Shown here: one piece after another, positions 31,230 to 40,629 of the stretch
Layout: each line of letters starts with the position of its first letter
Position numbering within the stretch: position 1 is the first letter of the stretch
Sequence record: OM858838
From: Shigella phage B2
Reading direction: 5' to 3' (one strand)
Length of the DNA: 64,000 nucleotides
The notes under the pieces: model-generated
Databases searched by the model: none
Told to the model about the DNA's origin: nothing
What the model saw: the letters and a program-made list of their open reading frames with translations, nothing else
Translations under genes and position numbers: made by a program

Positions 31230-32321
31230 TTAACGGAATTTTGATTTAAACGCTTTCTCAAACTCTTCATCAGACATAGCCAGAGGATTTAACTCTGGTT
31301 CTTTTGCCTGACCTGAAGGCTTGCTTGGACTTGCAGCTTTACGCTTTGCAGCCCTATCAGAATCTTCTTGCGTAGGAACACGAGGCTTAACTTCTACCGG
31401 CTGTTGTGGAGGTGCTTTACCAAAGGCTCCTTTAGCCGCTAACTGTTTACCTACTGCTTCATACGCCTGTAAATCTGAAAGACCACTCAAATTCCCCAAT
31501 GCTCTTTGCTTCATCATCTCAGATGCGATTGTGTCAAAGATTCCATTTGCCACATGCTCATTGATGAGTGGAATAAGATTTGGTTCATTCGCAAGTGCAC
31601 GTTTACTGTTATCATCCCATTCATCGAGAATGACGGTCATTGTCCGACCATATGTTGGAGTATGCTCAATGCTATCCAACACTGTATCTAGATTAACCTG
31701 TGCATCCGGGACAGAATAATTACCAGGTGTGTACTTAGGTTCTTCCTGTGTATTTACATCAAGTGGGTCAATCCCACTGTCTTTAATAAGTTTGCTGATT
31801 GCTTCAGGGTTCTTCTTATCTAAGTCGATTAGATAAGTAAGTTTCTGTTCATCAAGCAATCCATTATTTTCTAACATCTTAAGAACTTTTAAAGATGGTT
31901 TCAAGGCTGCCATCTTTTTATTATAGTTCGCTCCTTGTTGCATAAGCTTAATAGCATCATCAACATTATCAATTTGAATGTCTCTACCATTAGCTTTGAA
32001 CGGACTAAATAATTTCTTAAGTTGTTCTTCAGCAGAACCAGTCTCTACTTCCTGAGTAGTTTCAGTTTCCTGATTCTCAGTATTAGTTTCTTGGTTCTTA
32101 TCTGTATTTTCTTCTGTAGTAGTTTCTTGTTCAGTAGTAGTGGTTTGTTCAACCTCTTCATTCTGCTGAGTAGTTTCTACTTCAGTTTCTTCTGTAGTCT
32201 GTTCCTGAGTAGTTTCCTGTTGCTCTTGTGAAGATGCCGACTCAAAGGTCGGCATCGGAGCTTTCAGGAAATCAGCATCAGACATTGCAAGAATTGATTG
32301 TTCAACGCTGTTTCCAGACAT
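31230..32321 (-). CDS. scaffolding-like protein (acidic T/E/Q-rich)
   Basis: 363 aa, strongly acidic low-complexity region; sits between portal and capsid genes. Confidence 0.45.
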   Translation of the reverse strand: MSGNSVEQSILAMSDADFLKAPMPTFESASSQEQQETTQEQTTEETEVETTQQNEEVEQTTTTEQETTTEENTDKNQETNTENQETETTQEVETGSAEEQLKKLFSPFKANGRDIQIDNVDDAIKLMQQGANYNKKMAALKPSLKVLKMLENNGLLDEQKLTYLIDLDKKNPEAISKLIKDSGIDPLDVNTQEEPKYTPGNYSVPDAQVNLDTVLDSIEHTPTYGRTMTVILDEWDDNSKRALANEPNLIPLINEHVANGIFDTIASEMMKQRALGNLSGLSDLQAYEAVGKQLAAKGAFGKAPPQQPVEVKPRVPTQEDSDRAAKRKAASPSKPSGQAKEPELNPLAMSDEEFEKAFKSKFR

Positions 32322-32327
32322 AAGCTA

Positions 32328-32666
32328 TTACTCCTGTGCTTCTTCTTGTAACAGTTCTACCTGAGTTTCTTCATCCTCTGGCAGAGCCTTACGAGCCAAT
32401 TCAGCCATATACTGAGTACGACCTAAGAAGCTACGGAAATAGGCAATAGCCAACATCTGATTACGAATCTCTTTCTGGGAAGCCTCATCTTGCATATCAG
32501 GATGAGCCATAAGATGAACCAATCGAGCAGGTTCTTTATCAAAGAATTCACTATCGATAATACGTTTCCAGTCACGAGACTTAGAAATACGAGTGATAGC
32601 ATCACCTAACGCAATTGTTTCTTTCTTCTGTTCAATGCTGATACGAATTTGTTCTGACTGACTCAT
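32328..32666 (-). CDS. hypothetical head protein
   Basis: 112-aa ORF. Confidence 0.4.
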   Translation of the reverse strand: MSQSEQIRISIEQKKETIALGDAITRISKSRDWKRIIDSEFFDKEPARLVHLMAHPDMQDEASQKEIRNQMLAIAYFRSFLGRTQYMAELARKALPEDEETQVELLQEEAQE

Positions 32667-32687
32667 ACGTGTGTCCTCATAATGAGA

Positions 32688-34808
32688 TTATATTTCACTT
32701 AGTGGCTTACCAGATTTAAGGATGTAATCCACAATCTTGGTTTGAGTTTGGCTTTCAGCTTGTGCAGAAATCTTCTGAACATCTCTAGCCTGTTTAACAC
32801 CGGACTCTTGTTCAACGTAATCCAAGTTTTTAAGGTCTGTATCACTTTGAACATTCTGAGCTTGTGTAGCTTTATACCCTGCTGAAGCTCTATTTTCAAT
32901 TGCTTTAGATTGGGTTTCAGCAATTTGAGCCTCTAAAAGTGCAATTTCAAGCTCTGCTTTACGTTGTGCCAATGGGTCAGGTTGTGGCTGATAGGATTCA
33001 ATTCTCTTAGCTAAGTCAGGCATATTTCTAAGACGAGCAATATCACTTAATACCATCTGAGACATTTCAAATGGTAAGCTATTACCCATAGTCTGAAGCA
33101 TGAAAGCTAATTCCTGTGCTTTCTGGTTATCTGCCTCAGCAGTAGAAATACTTAACTTAAGGTCAAATTCCCCAGCTAATTCATCTCTTCTAACAGTAAC
33201 GAATTGTTCATTGGTTACTCGTACCACTTCCTCTTCTGATAAGAACTCTGAGTTCATAGAAATAATCTTACGACCAATCTCTACAACACCTTGAGCCAAT
33301 CTACGAAGAATACCTAACTCACGTTTAGAAGCTGCATCCAATGCTCCTCTAATACCAGCAGCAACATCACCTAATGCTTGTGATGCAATACCTTGTGAGA
33401 AGGATTTAACACCTGTAAGAGACTCTGCTTCATTATTCTGATATTGAATCATCATAGGAGCAGATTGAGGAATCTCAGGGGATACATGCATGTAGATACC
33501 TTGTCTTGGGTCTACGTTAGCATTGAACTCATAATCCTCACCTTTATCAAATTTACGTCTATTGGTTACATCCAACATATCCTTACGAATACCTGTCTGA
33601 CCATTAGCACTACGAGCCAAGATATCAATCATTGCTCTAGTAGTAGCACCAATAATCTTTTGGTTATCCTCAAGTAATGCACCATCAGGTTCACCATAAA
33701 TAGAACGTGGTACAGGTAAATATGGAACCACAACAAATGGAATCTTTTTATCTGGGAATGGATTCTCTTCAAGACGAATCATAGTATTACCAACAAAGGT
33801 AGCTACGATTGGTACAGTCTTACCATTACCATTAATATCCCACCAACCCCAATACTCATAAGCTACAAACTTCTTACGAGGTTCATCTTTAAAGTTGAAA
33901 CCAGATTGGTCTTCTACTTGATGGTCAGGGGTATTCAGGGGATTAGACATACTGGCAGAAATCTTATCCAGATTCTTATATCTACCATCTTTCTCTAAGT
34001 CAGATTTAGAGGTTTCAAAACTATAAATAACAAACTGAGCTTGAGAAATATCACCATTACATGTTGGGTCAATAACTACGTTCTGTGAGTTAACTACTTC
34101 AACAGTAGGTTGATTCTTAATTACCTTCTCATACTCAACTTCTTCCGTACCAGTTTGTACAGCAACAAAAGCACCACGATTCTCAAATGAGTAATCAACT
34201 GATGCGATGATATCATCTGGCAAACTATTGTAGGCATTAGGATTCTCTAACTTAAGTTGTAGAGCTTCTTGTAATGCAGCTACTTGGTCTTCATTAGCAG
34301 CAGGGTAATAAGCATATACAGGAACGGTTTCTTTAACCATTTGAGTATAGTTACACCAACCAACACGAACAATTACAGTACCCTCATTTACAGCATTACG
34401 AACATAATCATCAATGAAACGTACCTTATCAATCTTAATATTGAATTGATAATTAAGTACTAACTGGTTCTGTATAGCTGCTTCACGGTCTTCCCATGTA
34501 ACAGGGGATACAGCAAATAATTCATCTGTACTTAGAAATGGTTCAGTAAGAGCAGAGTATCTCCATTCAGCTTGCTTACGAATAAGCATAGGCTGTACAG
34601 AAGACCTCCCCGGAACTTTCTTAGGTTTAGCTGAACCTTCAACATTCAGGTTATTGAGCCAAGTAGTAATCTGACTCATCTGTGCAGAATGAGAACTATA
34701 GGCAGAATCATAGTCTGACTTCAAATCAGATACTGTTGGTTCATTATCCCAATCTGTCAGGTTTCCAGTCTCTTCTGGATTAACAATTGGTAACTCGTCT
34801 TTAGCCAT
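32688..34808 (-). CDS. portal protein
   Basis: 706-aa ORF heading the head operon; call by size and position. Confidence 0.5.
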   Translation of the reverse strand: MAKDELPIVNPEETGNLTDWDNEPTVSDLKSDYDSAYSSHSAQMSQITTWLNNLNVEGSAKPKKVPGRSSVQPMLIRKQAEWRYSALTEPFLSTDELFAVSPVTWEDREAAIQNQLVLNYQFNIKIDKVRFIDDYVRNAVNEGTVIVRVGWCNYTQMVKETVPVYAYYPAANEDQVAALQEALQLKLENPNAYNSLPDDIIASVDYSFENRGAFVAVQTGTEEVEYEKVIKNQPTVEVVNSQNVVIDPTCNGDISQAQFVIYSFETSKSDLEKDGRYKNLDKISASMSNPLNTPDHQVEDQSGFNFKDEPRKKFVAYEYWGWWDINGNGKTVPIVATFVGNTMIRLEENPFPDKKIPFVVVPYLPVPRSIYGEPDGALLEDNQKIIGATTRAMIDILARSANGQTGIRKDMLDVTNRRKFDKGEDYEFNANVDPRQGIYMHVSPEIPQSAPMMIQYQNNEAESLTGVKSFSQGIASQALGDVAAGIRGALDAASKRELGILRRLAQGVVEIGRKIISMNSEFLSEEEVVRVTNEQFVTVRRDELAGEFDLKLSISTAEADNQKAQELAFMLQTMGNSLPFEMSQMVLSDIARLRNMPDLAKRIESYQPQPDPLAQRKAELEIALLEAQIAETQSKAIENRASAGYKATQAQNVQSDTDLKNLDYVEQESGVKQARDVQKISAQAESQTQTKIVDYILKSGKPLSEI

Positions 34809-34968
34809 TGCGGTTATCCCTCATTTACTTTGCAAGCAGTATATATGTTTTGGTCTAATTCTGTACTTAGTTTGCTTCCTCCCTTAAGAATTATCTAATC
34901 TTTTTAGATGTATCAGGGTATTCTGAGCACACTTCTTAGGAAGTAATTCTAATATTGGAGGCTTTCAA

Positions 34969-35343
34969 ATGCATGAACCAGTTTCTGGAACTGCTATTAC
35001 GTCAGGATTGGGTGCAACTACCTTACTATCTTATTGGGCTGGGATTCCATCAGGAGTCATTATTGGTTCCTTTGCTGGTGCAGTTGTCTATGTTCTGACT
35101 AATTCAGATGTTCCCTTATTCAAAAGATTATCTTTTTTCTTTATATCTTTTGTAGTGGGAATCATTGGGGCTGGGTATACAGCTAAAGTTATAGAAGGAT
35201 TCACTCGTCTATGGACCCAATCTGAAATCAACGTGGACCATTCTGTAGGAGCTTTGATAGCAGCAGCACTAGCTATTAAAGTTTTAATCAGTTTGATTGC
35301 TAAGGCTAAAGTTCCCGACTTACCAACGGGAGGAAAATCATAA
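34969..35343 (+). CDS. membrane protein (holin-like)
   Basis: 124 aa with several hydrophobic helices, directly upstream of lysozyme. Confidence 0.4.
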   Translation: MHEPVSGTAITSGLGATTLLSYWAGIPSGVIIGSFAGAVVYVLTNSDVPLFKRLSFFFISFVVGIIGAGYTAKVIEGFTRLWTQSEINVDHSVGALIAAALAIKVLISLIAKAKVPDLPTGGKS

Positions 35344-35633
35344 TGACTATCGTTGAGTATCTGAAATCATTCTCTCCAATGGAGCTAGGTAATGCATTCA
35401 TTTGCATGGGTATAGCCCTACGTTTGATGATATTTAGACAAGGTACTGCAAGACATAAGTTTTGGTATTCAGTCTTTGCCTATGTACTCATCGTATCTTC
35501 AGCAGCAATAGCAATACGTATCCTAATGAAGCACTATATCCAAGTAGACTTATGGGAACTTGTTCTCAATAGTTCAGTACTCTTGGGTGTAGTATTAGCT
35601 AAAGGTAACGTAGGAAGACTATTGAGGAACTAA
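35343..35633 (+). CDS. membrane protein (holin/antiholin-like)
   Basis: 96 aa, hydrophobic. Confidence 0.4.
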   Translation: MTIVEYLKSFSPMELGNAFICMGIALRLMIFRQGTARHKFWYSVFAYVLIVSSAAIAIRILMKHYIQVDLWELVLNSSVLLGVVLAKGNVGRLLRN

Positions 35634-35637
35634 CTTC

Positions 35638-36138
35638 ATGAAACGTACTATCTCTAATAATGGTTTAAAATTTACTGCTGCTTGGGAACAACTGAAAACC
35701 AAAGCATATAGAGCTACTAGTCAGGAAGAGTATCTCACTATTGGATATGGGCATTATGGTCCTGATGTAAAACCAGGAGATACAATTACTCCAGATGGTG
35801 CTTTAAATCTTTTAAACAGTGATATGGCTAAAGCTACACGTAAAGCTAATGAACTGGTCCATCCTAACTTTAACCAAGCTCAATTCGATGCAATCGTTGA
35901 CCTATGTTTTAACGTGGGTACAGGTGTTATTGAAAAAGATAATGTCTTAGGTGACTTTGATGATGCTGTCAGATTAGGTAACGTCAAAGAAGCTAGACGT
36001 ATTATGTCTCAATTTATCTATCAGAATAAGAAACCATTACTTGGATTAAAAAGACGTACTGAAGGACGTCTTGCACTCTTTGATGGTAAGACTTGGTCTG
36101 AAGCAGAAAGAATTGGGAGAGAGGTGAAGTCGTTATGA
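35638..36138 (+). CDS. endolysin, T4-type lysozyme fold
   Basis: WEQLKTKAY...YLTIGYGH and C-terminal RRTEGRLALF resemble phage lysozymes. Confidence 0.6.
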   Translation: MKRTISNNGLKFTAAWEQLKTKAYRATSQEEYLTIGYGHYGPDVKPGDTITPDGALNLLNSDMAKATRKANELVHPNFNQAQFDAIVDLCFNVGTGVIEKDNVLGDFDDAVRLGNVKEARRIMSQFIYQNKKPLLGLKRRTEGRLALFDGKTWSEAERIGREVKSL

Positions 36139-36680
36139 CAGATAGAACCAAGTTAATATTACTTGGTTTAGTTGCTGTAGCTCTCATTTCGGTGGGAGCT
36201 TTTTTTGCTTGGTACATTACCAGCAATAAATATGAAAAGGACTTAGCAACTTTAACCAGTGAATATAATACTCAACTCAAAAAGATATCTGACAAAGCTT
36301 CAGCAGATATGGCTGATGAAATCAAAAGACATAATGCTACTCAAGCTCAGTTAGATGCTCTTGATGCTAAACATACTAAAGAGAATCTTGAACATGAAAA
36401 AGCTAATGCTCAGCTTAAACTTGATATTGCTACTGGCAATCGTAAGCTGCAATTCGCCAACGCAGGTCTTGCAACCTGTAAGCTCTCCAAAGATACAGGA
36501 GACAAAGCCAGCAGCTTGGGCAATGGAACCGAAGTCGAACTCTCTCCAACTGTTCAACAAGACCTTCTCGATATCAGAAATGGAATCCAATCAGACCAAG
36601 ATAAATTAGACTATCTTCAGAATTACATAAGAGTAAGAGGATGGGATGATGGCAGTACTATCCAGCAAACAGAGAAATAA
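36135..36680 (+). CDS. i-spanin (Rz-like)
   Basis: N-terminal TM helix then coiled-coil; follows endolysin. Confidence 0.5.
   Translation: MTDRTKLILLGLVAVALISVGAFFAWYITSNKYEKDLATLTSEYNTQLKKISDKASADMADEIKRHNATQAQLDALDAKHTKENLEHEKANAQLKLDIATGNRKLQFANAGLATCKLSKDTGDKASSLGNGTEVELSPTVQQDLLDIRNGIQSDQDKLDYLQNYIRVRGWDDGSTIQQTEK
36394..36609 (+). CDS. o-spanin (Rz1-like lipoprotein), nested in i-spanin gene
   Basis: +1 frame inside 36135-36680; lipoprotein signal MKKLMLSLNLILLLAIVSC then Pro/Ser-rich tail. Confidence 0.5.
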   Translation: MKKLMLSLNLILLLAIVSCNSPTQVLQPVSSPKIQETKPAAWAMEPKSNSLQLFNKTFSISEMESNQTKIN

Positions 36681-36849
36681 ACTTCCTGATTCTGCATTTG
36701 CAGGACCAGATAGAAGTTATCCAGTACATGATAAAGCTCATGCTGCTAACGCTAAAGCCAGAGCAACTCAACAATATGAAGCAGGTAATCTAAGTAAATC
36801 AGCCAGAGATAAGATTCGTGCCAAAGCCAATAAAGTGTTGTATGGCTAA
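36646..36849 (+). CDS. hypothetical protein
   Basis: 67-aa basic ORF. Confidence 0.3.
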   Translation: MMAVLSSKQRNKLPDSAFAGPDRSYPVHDKAHAANAKARATQQYEAGNLSKSARDKIRAKANKVLYG

Positions 36850-36890
36850 TTAGTTATGTATACTCATACTGCCAACTTATAGGAGGTCTT

Positions 36891-37190
36891 ATGGCATACT
36901 CAGATGTTGATGCAATTCTTGCTGATGGTAAACAAGCTGTAGCTGTTAAACATGGTGGTGGTTTAGTTGTTGTAGGTGAACTTGGTGCTCAAGTACTTGC
37001 AGCTAAAGACGTAAGTGAATTACCAGATGGTGTAGGTGGTACTGCTCCAGGTGCTGCTACTACTACTACTGCTGGTGTAGTTAAACAATCAACTACTCAA
37101 GCAGCTTCAGTAGCTACTGATGTAGCAGGTGTAGTTACTGATTTGAATGCTTTAATTACTAAGCTAAAAGCTGCTGGTATTATGGCTTAA
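36891..37190 (+). CDS. MAYSD-family protein, paralog A
   Basis: Shares N-terminal ~45 aa (MAYSD.D...DGK...GGG..V...L.AKD..ELP) and upstream leader with 37268-37903. Confidence 0.5.
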   Translation: MAYSDVDAILADGKQAVAVKHGGGLVVVGELGAQVLAAKDVSELPDGVGGTAPGAATTTTAGVVKQSTTQAASVATDVAGVVTDLNALITKLKAAGIMA

Positions 37191-37210
37191 TTCTTACGAA
37201 AGAATATACA

Positions 37211-37236
37211 AAGCTCCTTCGGGAGCTTTTTTTGTA
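37211..37236 (+). terminator. rho-independent terminator
   Basis: aagctcc-ttcg-ggagctt followed by T7. Confidence 0.7.
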
Positions 37237-37267
37237 TACTGTCATTGCCTACTTATAAGGAGGGCAT

Positions 37268-37903
37268 ATGGCTTATTCAGATTTGGATGATGTATTTGAA
37301 GATGGTAAAGATATCATTCCAAAACAAGGTGGAGGAATTGCTGTAATTAGTCCTTTTGGAGAAGAAATACTTTCTGCTAAAGATGCTACAGAACTTCCAT
37401 TTGTTGTTACTCCTCCAGAGACACCTGAAGATATCTTCTTATTAGATATCTTTAACTGGACTGGTAATTTATCTATTCCTACAAGTGCTACTACATTCAC
37501 TAACTTCTTTGCATTATCAGGTATAACCAAGAATCCTATTGGTACTGCTGGGTTGACTATTACTTCTGGTAATCTCCTATTCCCATTGAGAACCAAACAT
37601 AGTCAAGTAATCTTCTCCATTCGTGTTTCTGGAAGTGTTGCTGGTGCAGCAGGTACTGATAGAGAATGGAAGATTCAAACCAGAAGACCTAATGGAGATA
37701 TTGTTGGTTCTGATTTTGCTGTTAAAACTGTAGCTGATACAGATATCAGTAACCGTGATACTACTTTATCAAGTTATGCACTAGCCAATACTGACCCATT
37801 CTTTACTCAGGGTATTCAGTTAGGTCTATTTAATAACTCGGGTCAAACTATCACTCTTACTTCAGTATCTGTTCGAATACTACAAACAATTAATCCAAGC
37901 TAA
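37268..37903 (+). CDS. MAYSD-family protein, paralog B
   Basis: Same N-terminal module as 36891-37190 with a longer, unrelated C-terminal domain. Confidence 0.5.
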   Translation: MAYSDLDDVFEDGKDIIPKQGGGIAVISPFGEEILSAKDATELPFVVTPPETPEDIFLLDIFNWTGNLSIPTSATTFTNFFALSGITKNPIGTAGLTITSGNLLFPLRTKHSQVIFSIRVSGSVAGAAGTDREWKIQTRRPNGDIVGSDFAVKTVADTDISNRDTTLSSYALANTDPFFTQGIQLGLFNNSGQTITLTSVSVRILQTINPS

Positions 37904-37908
37904 ATATA

Positions 37909-37930
37909 AGGCCCTACGGGGCCTTTTCTT
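37909..37930 (+). terminator. rho-independent terminator
   Basis: aggccc-tacg-gggcct followed by T-run. Confidence 0.65.
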
Positions 37931-37943
37931 ATTGAGGTAATAC

Positions 37944-38264
37944 ATGAGAGTCAAAACATATCTAAGACGCCAGAGAGAAGGCTCTATACCTGTTAAATCA
38001 AGTAATGATGATATAGGTATACAAGAGTATCCTGACGTACTCTTAACCATGTACATCAACACACTTGAAAATGGAGATTCTCCGAGAGCCTTACGTGAAG
38101 GTATTAAGGAAATTATGAAACGAGTTCAATCTCCTAGAGTTAAGTCCATCCTCCAAGATATCAAACGAGCTACATCACCAGTAGGCAGATTACATTTTTA
38201 CTATGGTGCTTTGGAACGTGACTTAGAAGAGATTAGAGACATATCAAAAGAAAGCCCCCAATAA
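37944..38264 (+). CDS. hypothetical protein
   Basis: 106-aa ORF. Confidence 0.4.
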   Translation: MRVKTYLRRQREGSIPVKSSNDDIGIQEYPDVLLTMYINTLENGDSPRALREGIKEIMKRVQSPRVKSILQDIKRATSPVGRLHFYYGALERDLEEIRDISKESPQ

Positions 38265-38275
38265 GGGGGCTATTT
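38253..38275. terminator. bidirectional terminator
   Basis: gccccc-aataa-gggggc between convergent genes; T-rich run on - strand side. Confidence 0.55.
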
Positions 38276-38277
38276 AC

Positions 38278-40611
38278 TTAGATGGATGCTTCAGAGTTAC
38301 CAAACATATCCCAAGCTTCTAACTCAATATTCCAGTATGAAGTTGGAGGAGTAGAAGGCCACGTTATATTAATATCTAAAACAAGTCCGCCATTCCCTGC
38401 ACCTACACCAATAGTGACATAAGAAGCCATATCAATATCTCGTATGGTTTCTAATGGCATATTAGGGCCATTAGCTCCAGCAACTTTAAGGTCTTTCATA
38501 CTATAGTGGGCCGCAGTTGCTGTAATAGCTGTTGGTTGGTTACCTGTTGCATATGTAGTCTTAAGGATTTTACCAGTGAATACATACCCACCACCAGTAG
38601 TCTTGATTAATAAGACCTCTAAATAATCCCCACTACTGTTACTAATTTTAAGTACGGAATGCCCACAGTTATAGAAATTAGTACCTAAATCTCCAGAAAT
38701 AGATGGAGTAGTAGGAAGCATACTTTGTGGCATTGGTACTTGAAAATTAACTAATGCAGTAGCCGTAGGCAAAGTTGCTTGGTTATATGCCTGCGGAATT
38801 TTTTTAGAATAAACAGCACGATGACCTTTATCAAATCTAGCCCAATTACGTGCTTGAACAGACATACCTACAGGCACAGGTTGTACAGTCAAAGAGTTAA
38901 GATAAAAATCTCCTCCAGTACCCTGTAAATTGGTAAAAAATGTAAGAGTTTTCCAACCACGACCCAGAATTCTACCAACAAATTTCCTATCTGCTGAGTA
39001 TGTAGTACTCAGGTCAACAATGGCATTATTCGCTGCTTGAGGTGAGTTAGAAAAATTAATGGACTGGTTATTAGCGAAATCATAATAATCTTGTGCGCCA
39101 TTATTCCACCAACTAGGAGCATCAACAAGAACGTTTATTGGACCAGCACCACTACCATGTACAAAAATATGTGCTGCTTCTGCATCTAAATAAAAACTGA
39201 ATGTTGCAATAGATGCTACATTAGCAAGCATACCCCCCACAACTTTAGTACGGGTATACGCACCATCAGAACGACCTAAGTTAATATTACCCGTAGCATC
39301 GCAATAGCCAATGCTATCATCTAAACGACCACACCAAGTATTAATCTCATTAGTGAGTGGACGGTAGGTTGGTAACAAACCACCAGCCATAAACATAGAT
39401 GCTAGCATCTGACCATGAATCGCATAACCCATGGAGTTAAAGTGACCACCATCAGATTGCACTGCACCATTATGACGATAGTACTGAACTTCATCAGCAT
39501 TGAAATGAGCACAACCATATGTGTCAGCCATCATACGCATACGTTTTGCCCACAGGTTAGCAACAACACCGCCAGAACCCTGACCACCAGTAGAGCAAGT
39601 CTGGACAACTACACCCATACCCCAATCAATGAAGCGACGGATGAGTTTTTCCATATACTCCATGTAAATATCTTCAGTAGTTCCAGCAACACCACCAGCA
39701 TCGTTCAAACCTAACATTAAAATAACAACATCACAGTTAGGATTGGATTGCCATGATGGTTCATTGTATGACTGAATTGCTGTATGTCCTGAAATAGCAC
39801 GATATACACCAGTAACACTACAACCTGACTGTTCTGGTAAGTAAGCCATAAAACGTTGAGGATAAGTCATACTAGCATGAGTAGCCCAATCCCCGTTGTT
39901 AGCAGGAACACGGTCAGTAGAAGTAGTATCGTAACCAGCAGTCATTGAGTCACCCTGGAACAATACTTTGATTGAACCACGACTATGAACTTGCTTATCT
40001 ACCCAAGCTAATTTCTGGATATTACGTGCACGGTAATTTGCTGAATCATTAGCAATAATCCACTGTTGTACAGTTTTACCATCAGACGTACCAATCTGGG
40101 ATGCACCACCAGTAGTAGCTAATTCATCTCGTAACTCTTCACCAGTAACTTCAATCCATGCTGATGCACTAATACCTCCACTTGAAGCAGGAGTTGAACC
40201 AGCAGGAACTACTTTAGGTACTGCCCCCGCCCAACGATATTGAGCGCCATTAGAATGGGTAAGAATTTCATTCTTAACCTGAATGGTTGCACCAGAAGTA
40301 AAGTCACCAGGAATAGTCACATACTCTTTACGCAAAACAGCTACTGCTCCAAGGTCTACAGAACCTTGTGAATGTACAAGTACAGCAGCAGTACTAAGAC
40401 TGATGGCAGTAGTACCAGCAGGAATACCAATAGGTAAGGAGTAAGCTCTTTGCGTGGTCTTGTCATAAATTACTTTATATCCAGAGATATCAACACCAAC
40501 AGAGAAATAAACAACCTCAGACTGTTTAACTCCGAAGTGTCTAGCTACTGCTTGTTTATTGGTTAGGATTCCAGCAGAACCTTTACCACCTTGACTAAAT
40601 AACTGATTCAT
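38278..40611 (-). CDS. tailspike / tail protein with SGNH (GDSL) esterase domain
   Basis: SGNH blocks VLFQGDSMTAGY, GLNDAG, DGGHFN. Confidence 0.6.
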   Translation of the reverse strand: MNQLFSQGGKGSAGILTNKQAVARHFGVKQSEVVYFSVGVDISGYKVIYDKTTQRAYSLPIGIPAGTTAISLSTAAVLVHSQGSVDLGAVAVLRKEYVTIPGDFTSGATIQVKNEILTHSNGAQYRWAGAVPKVVPAGSTPASSGGISASAWIEVTGEELRDELATTGGASQIGTSDGKTVQQWIIANDSANYRARNIQKLAWVDKQVHSRGSIKVLFQGDSMTAGYDTTSTDRVPANNGDWATHASMTYPQRFMAYLPEQSGCSVTGVYRAISGHTAIQSYNEPSWQSNPNCDVVILMLGLNDAGGVAGTTEDIYMEYMEKLIRRFIDWGMGVVVQTCSTGGQGSGGVVANLWAKRMRMMADTYGCAHFNADEVQYYRHNGAVQSDGGHFNSMGYAIHGQMLASMFMAGGLLPTYRPLTNEINTWCGRLDDSIGYCDATGNINLGRSDGAYTRTKVVGGMLANVASIATFSFYLDAEAAHIFVHGSGAGPINVLVDAPSWWNNGAQDYYDFANNQSINFSNSPQAANNAIVDLSTTYSADRKFVGRILGRGWKTLTFFTNLQGTGGDFYLNSLTVQPVPVGMSVQARNWARFDKGHRAVYSKKIPQAYNQATLPTATALVNFQVPMPQSMLPTTPSISGDLGTNFYNCGHSVLKISNSSGDYLEVLLIKTTGGGYVFTGKILKTTYATGNQPTAITATAAHYSMKDLKVAGANGPNMPLETIRDIDMASYVTIGVGAGNGGLVLDINITWPSTPPTSYWNIELEAWDMFGNSEASI

Positions 40612-40629
40612 AAATACCTCTATTTTTTC

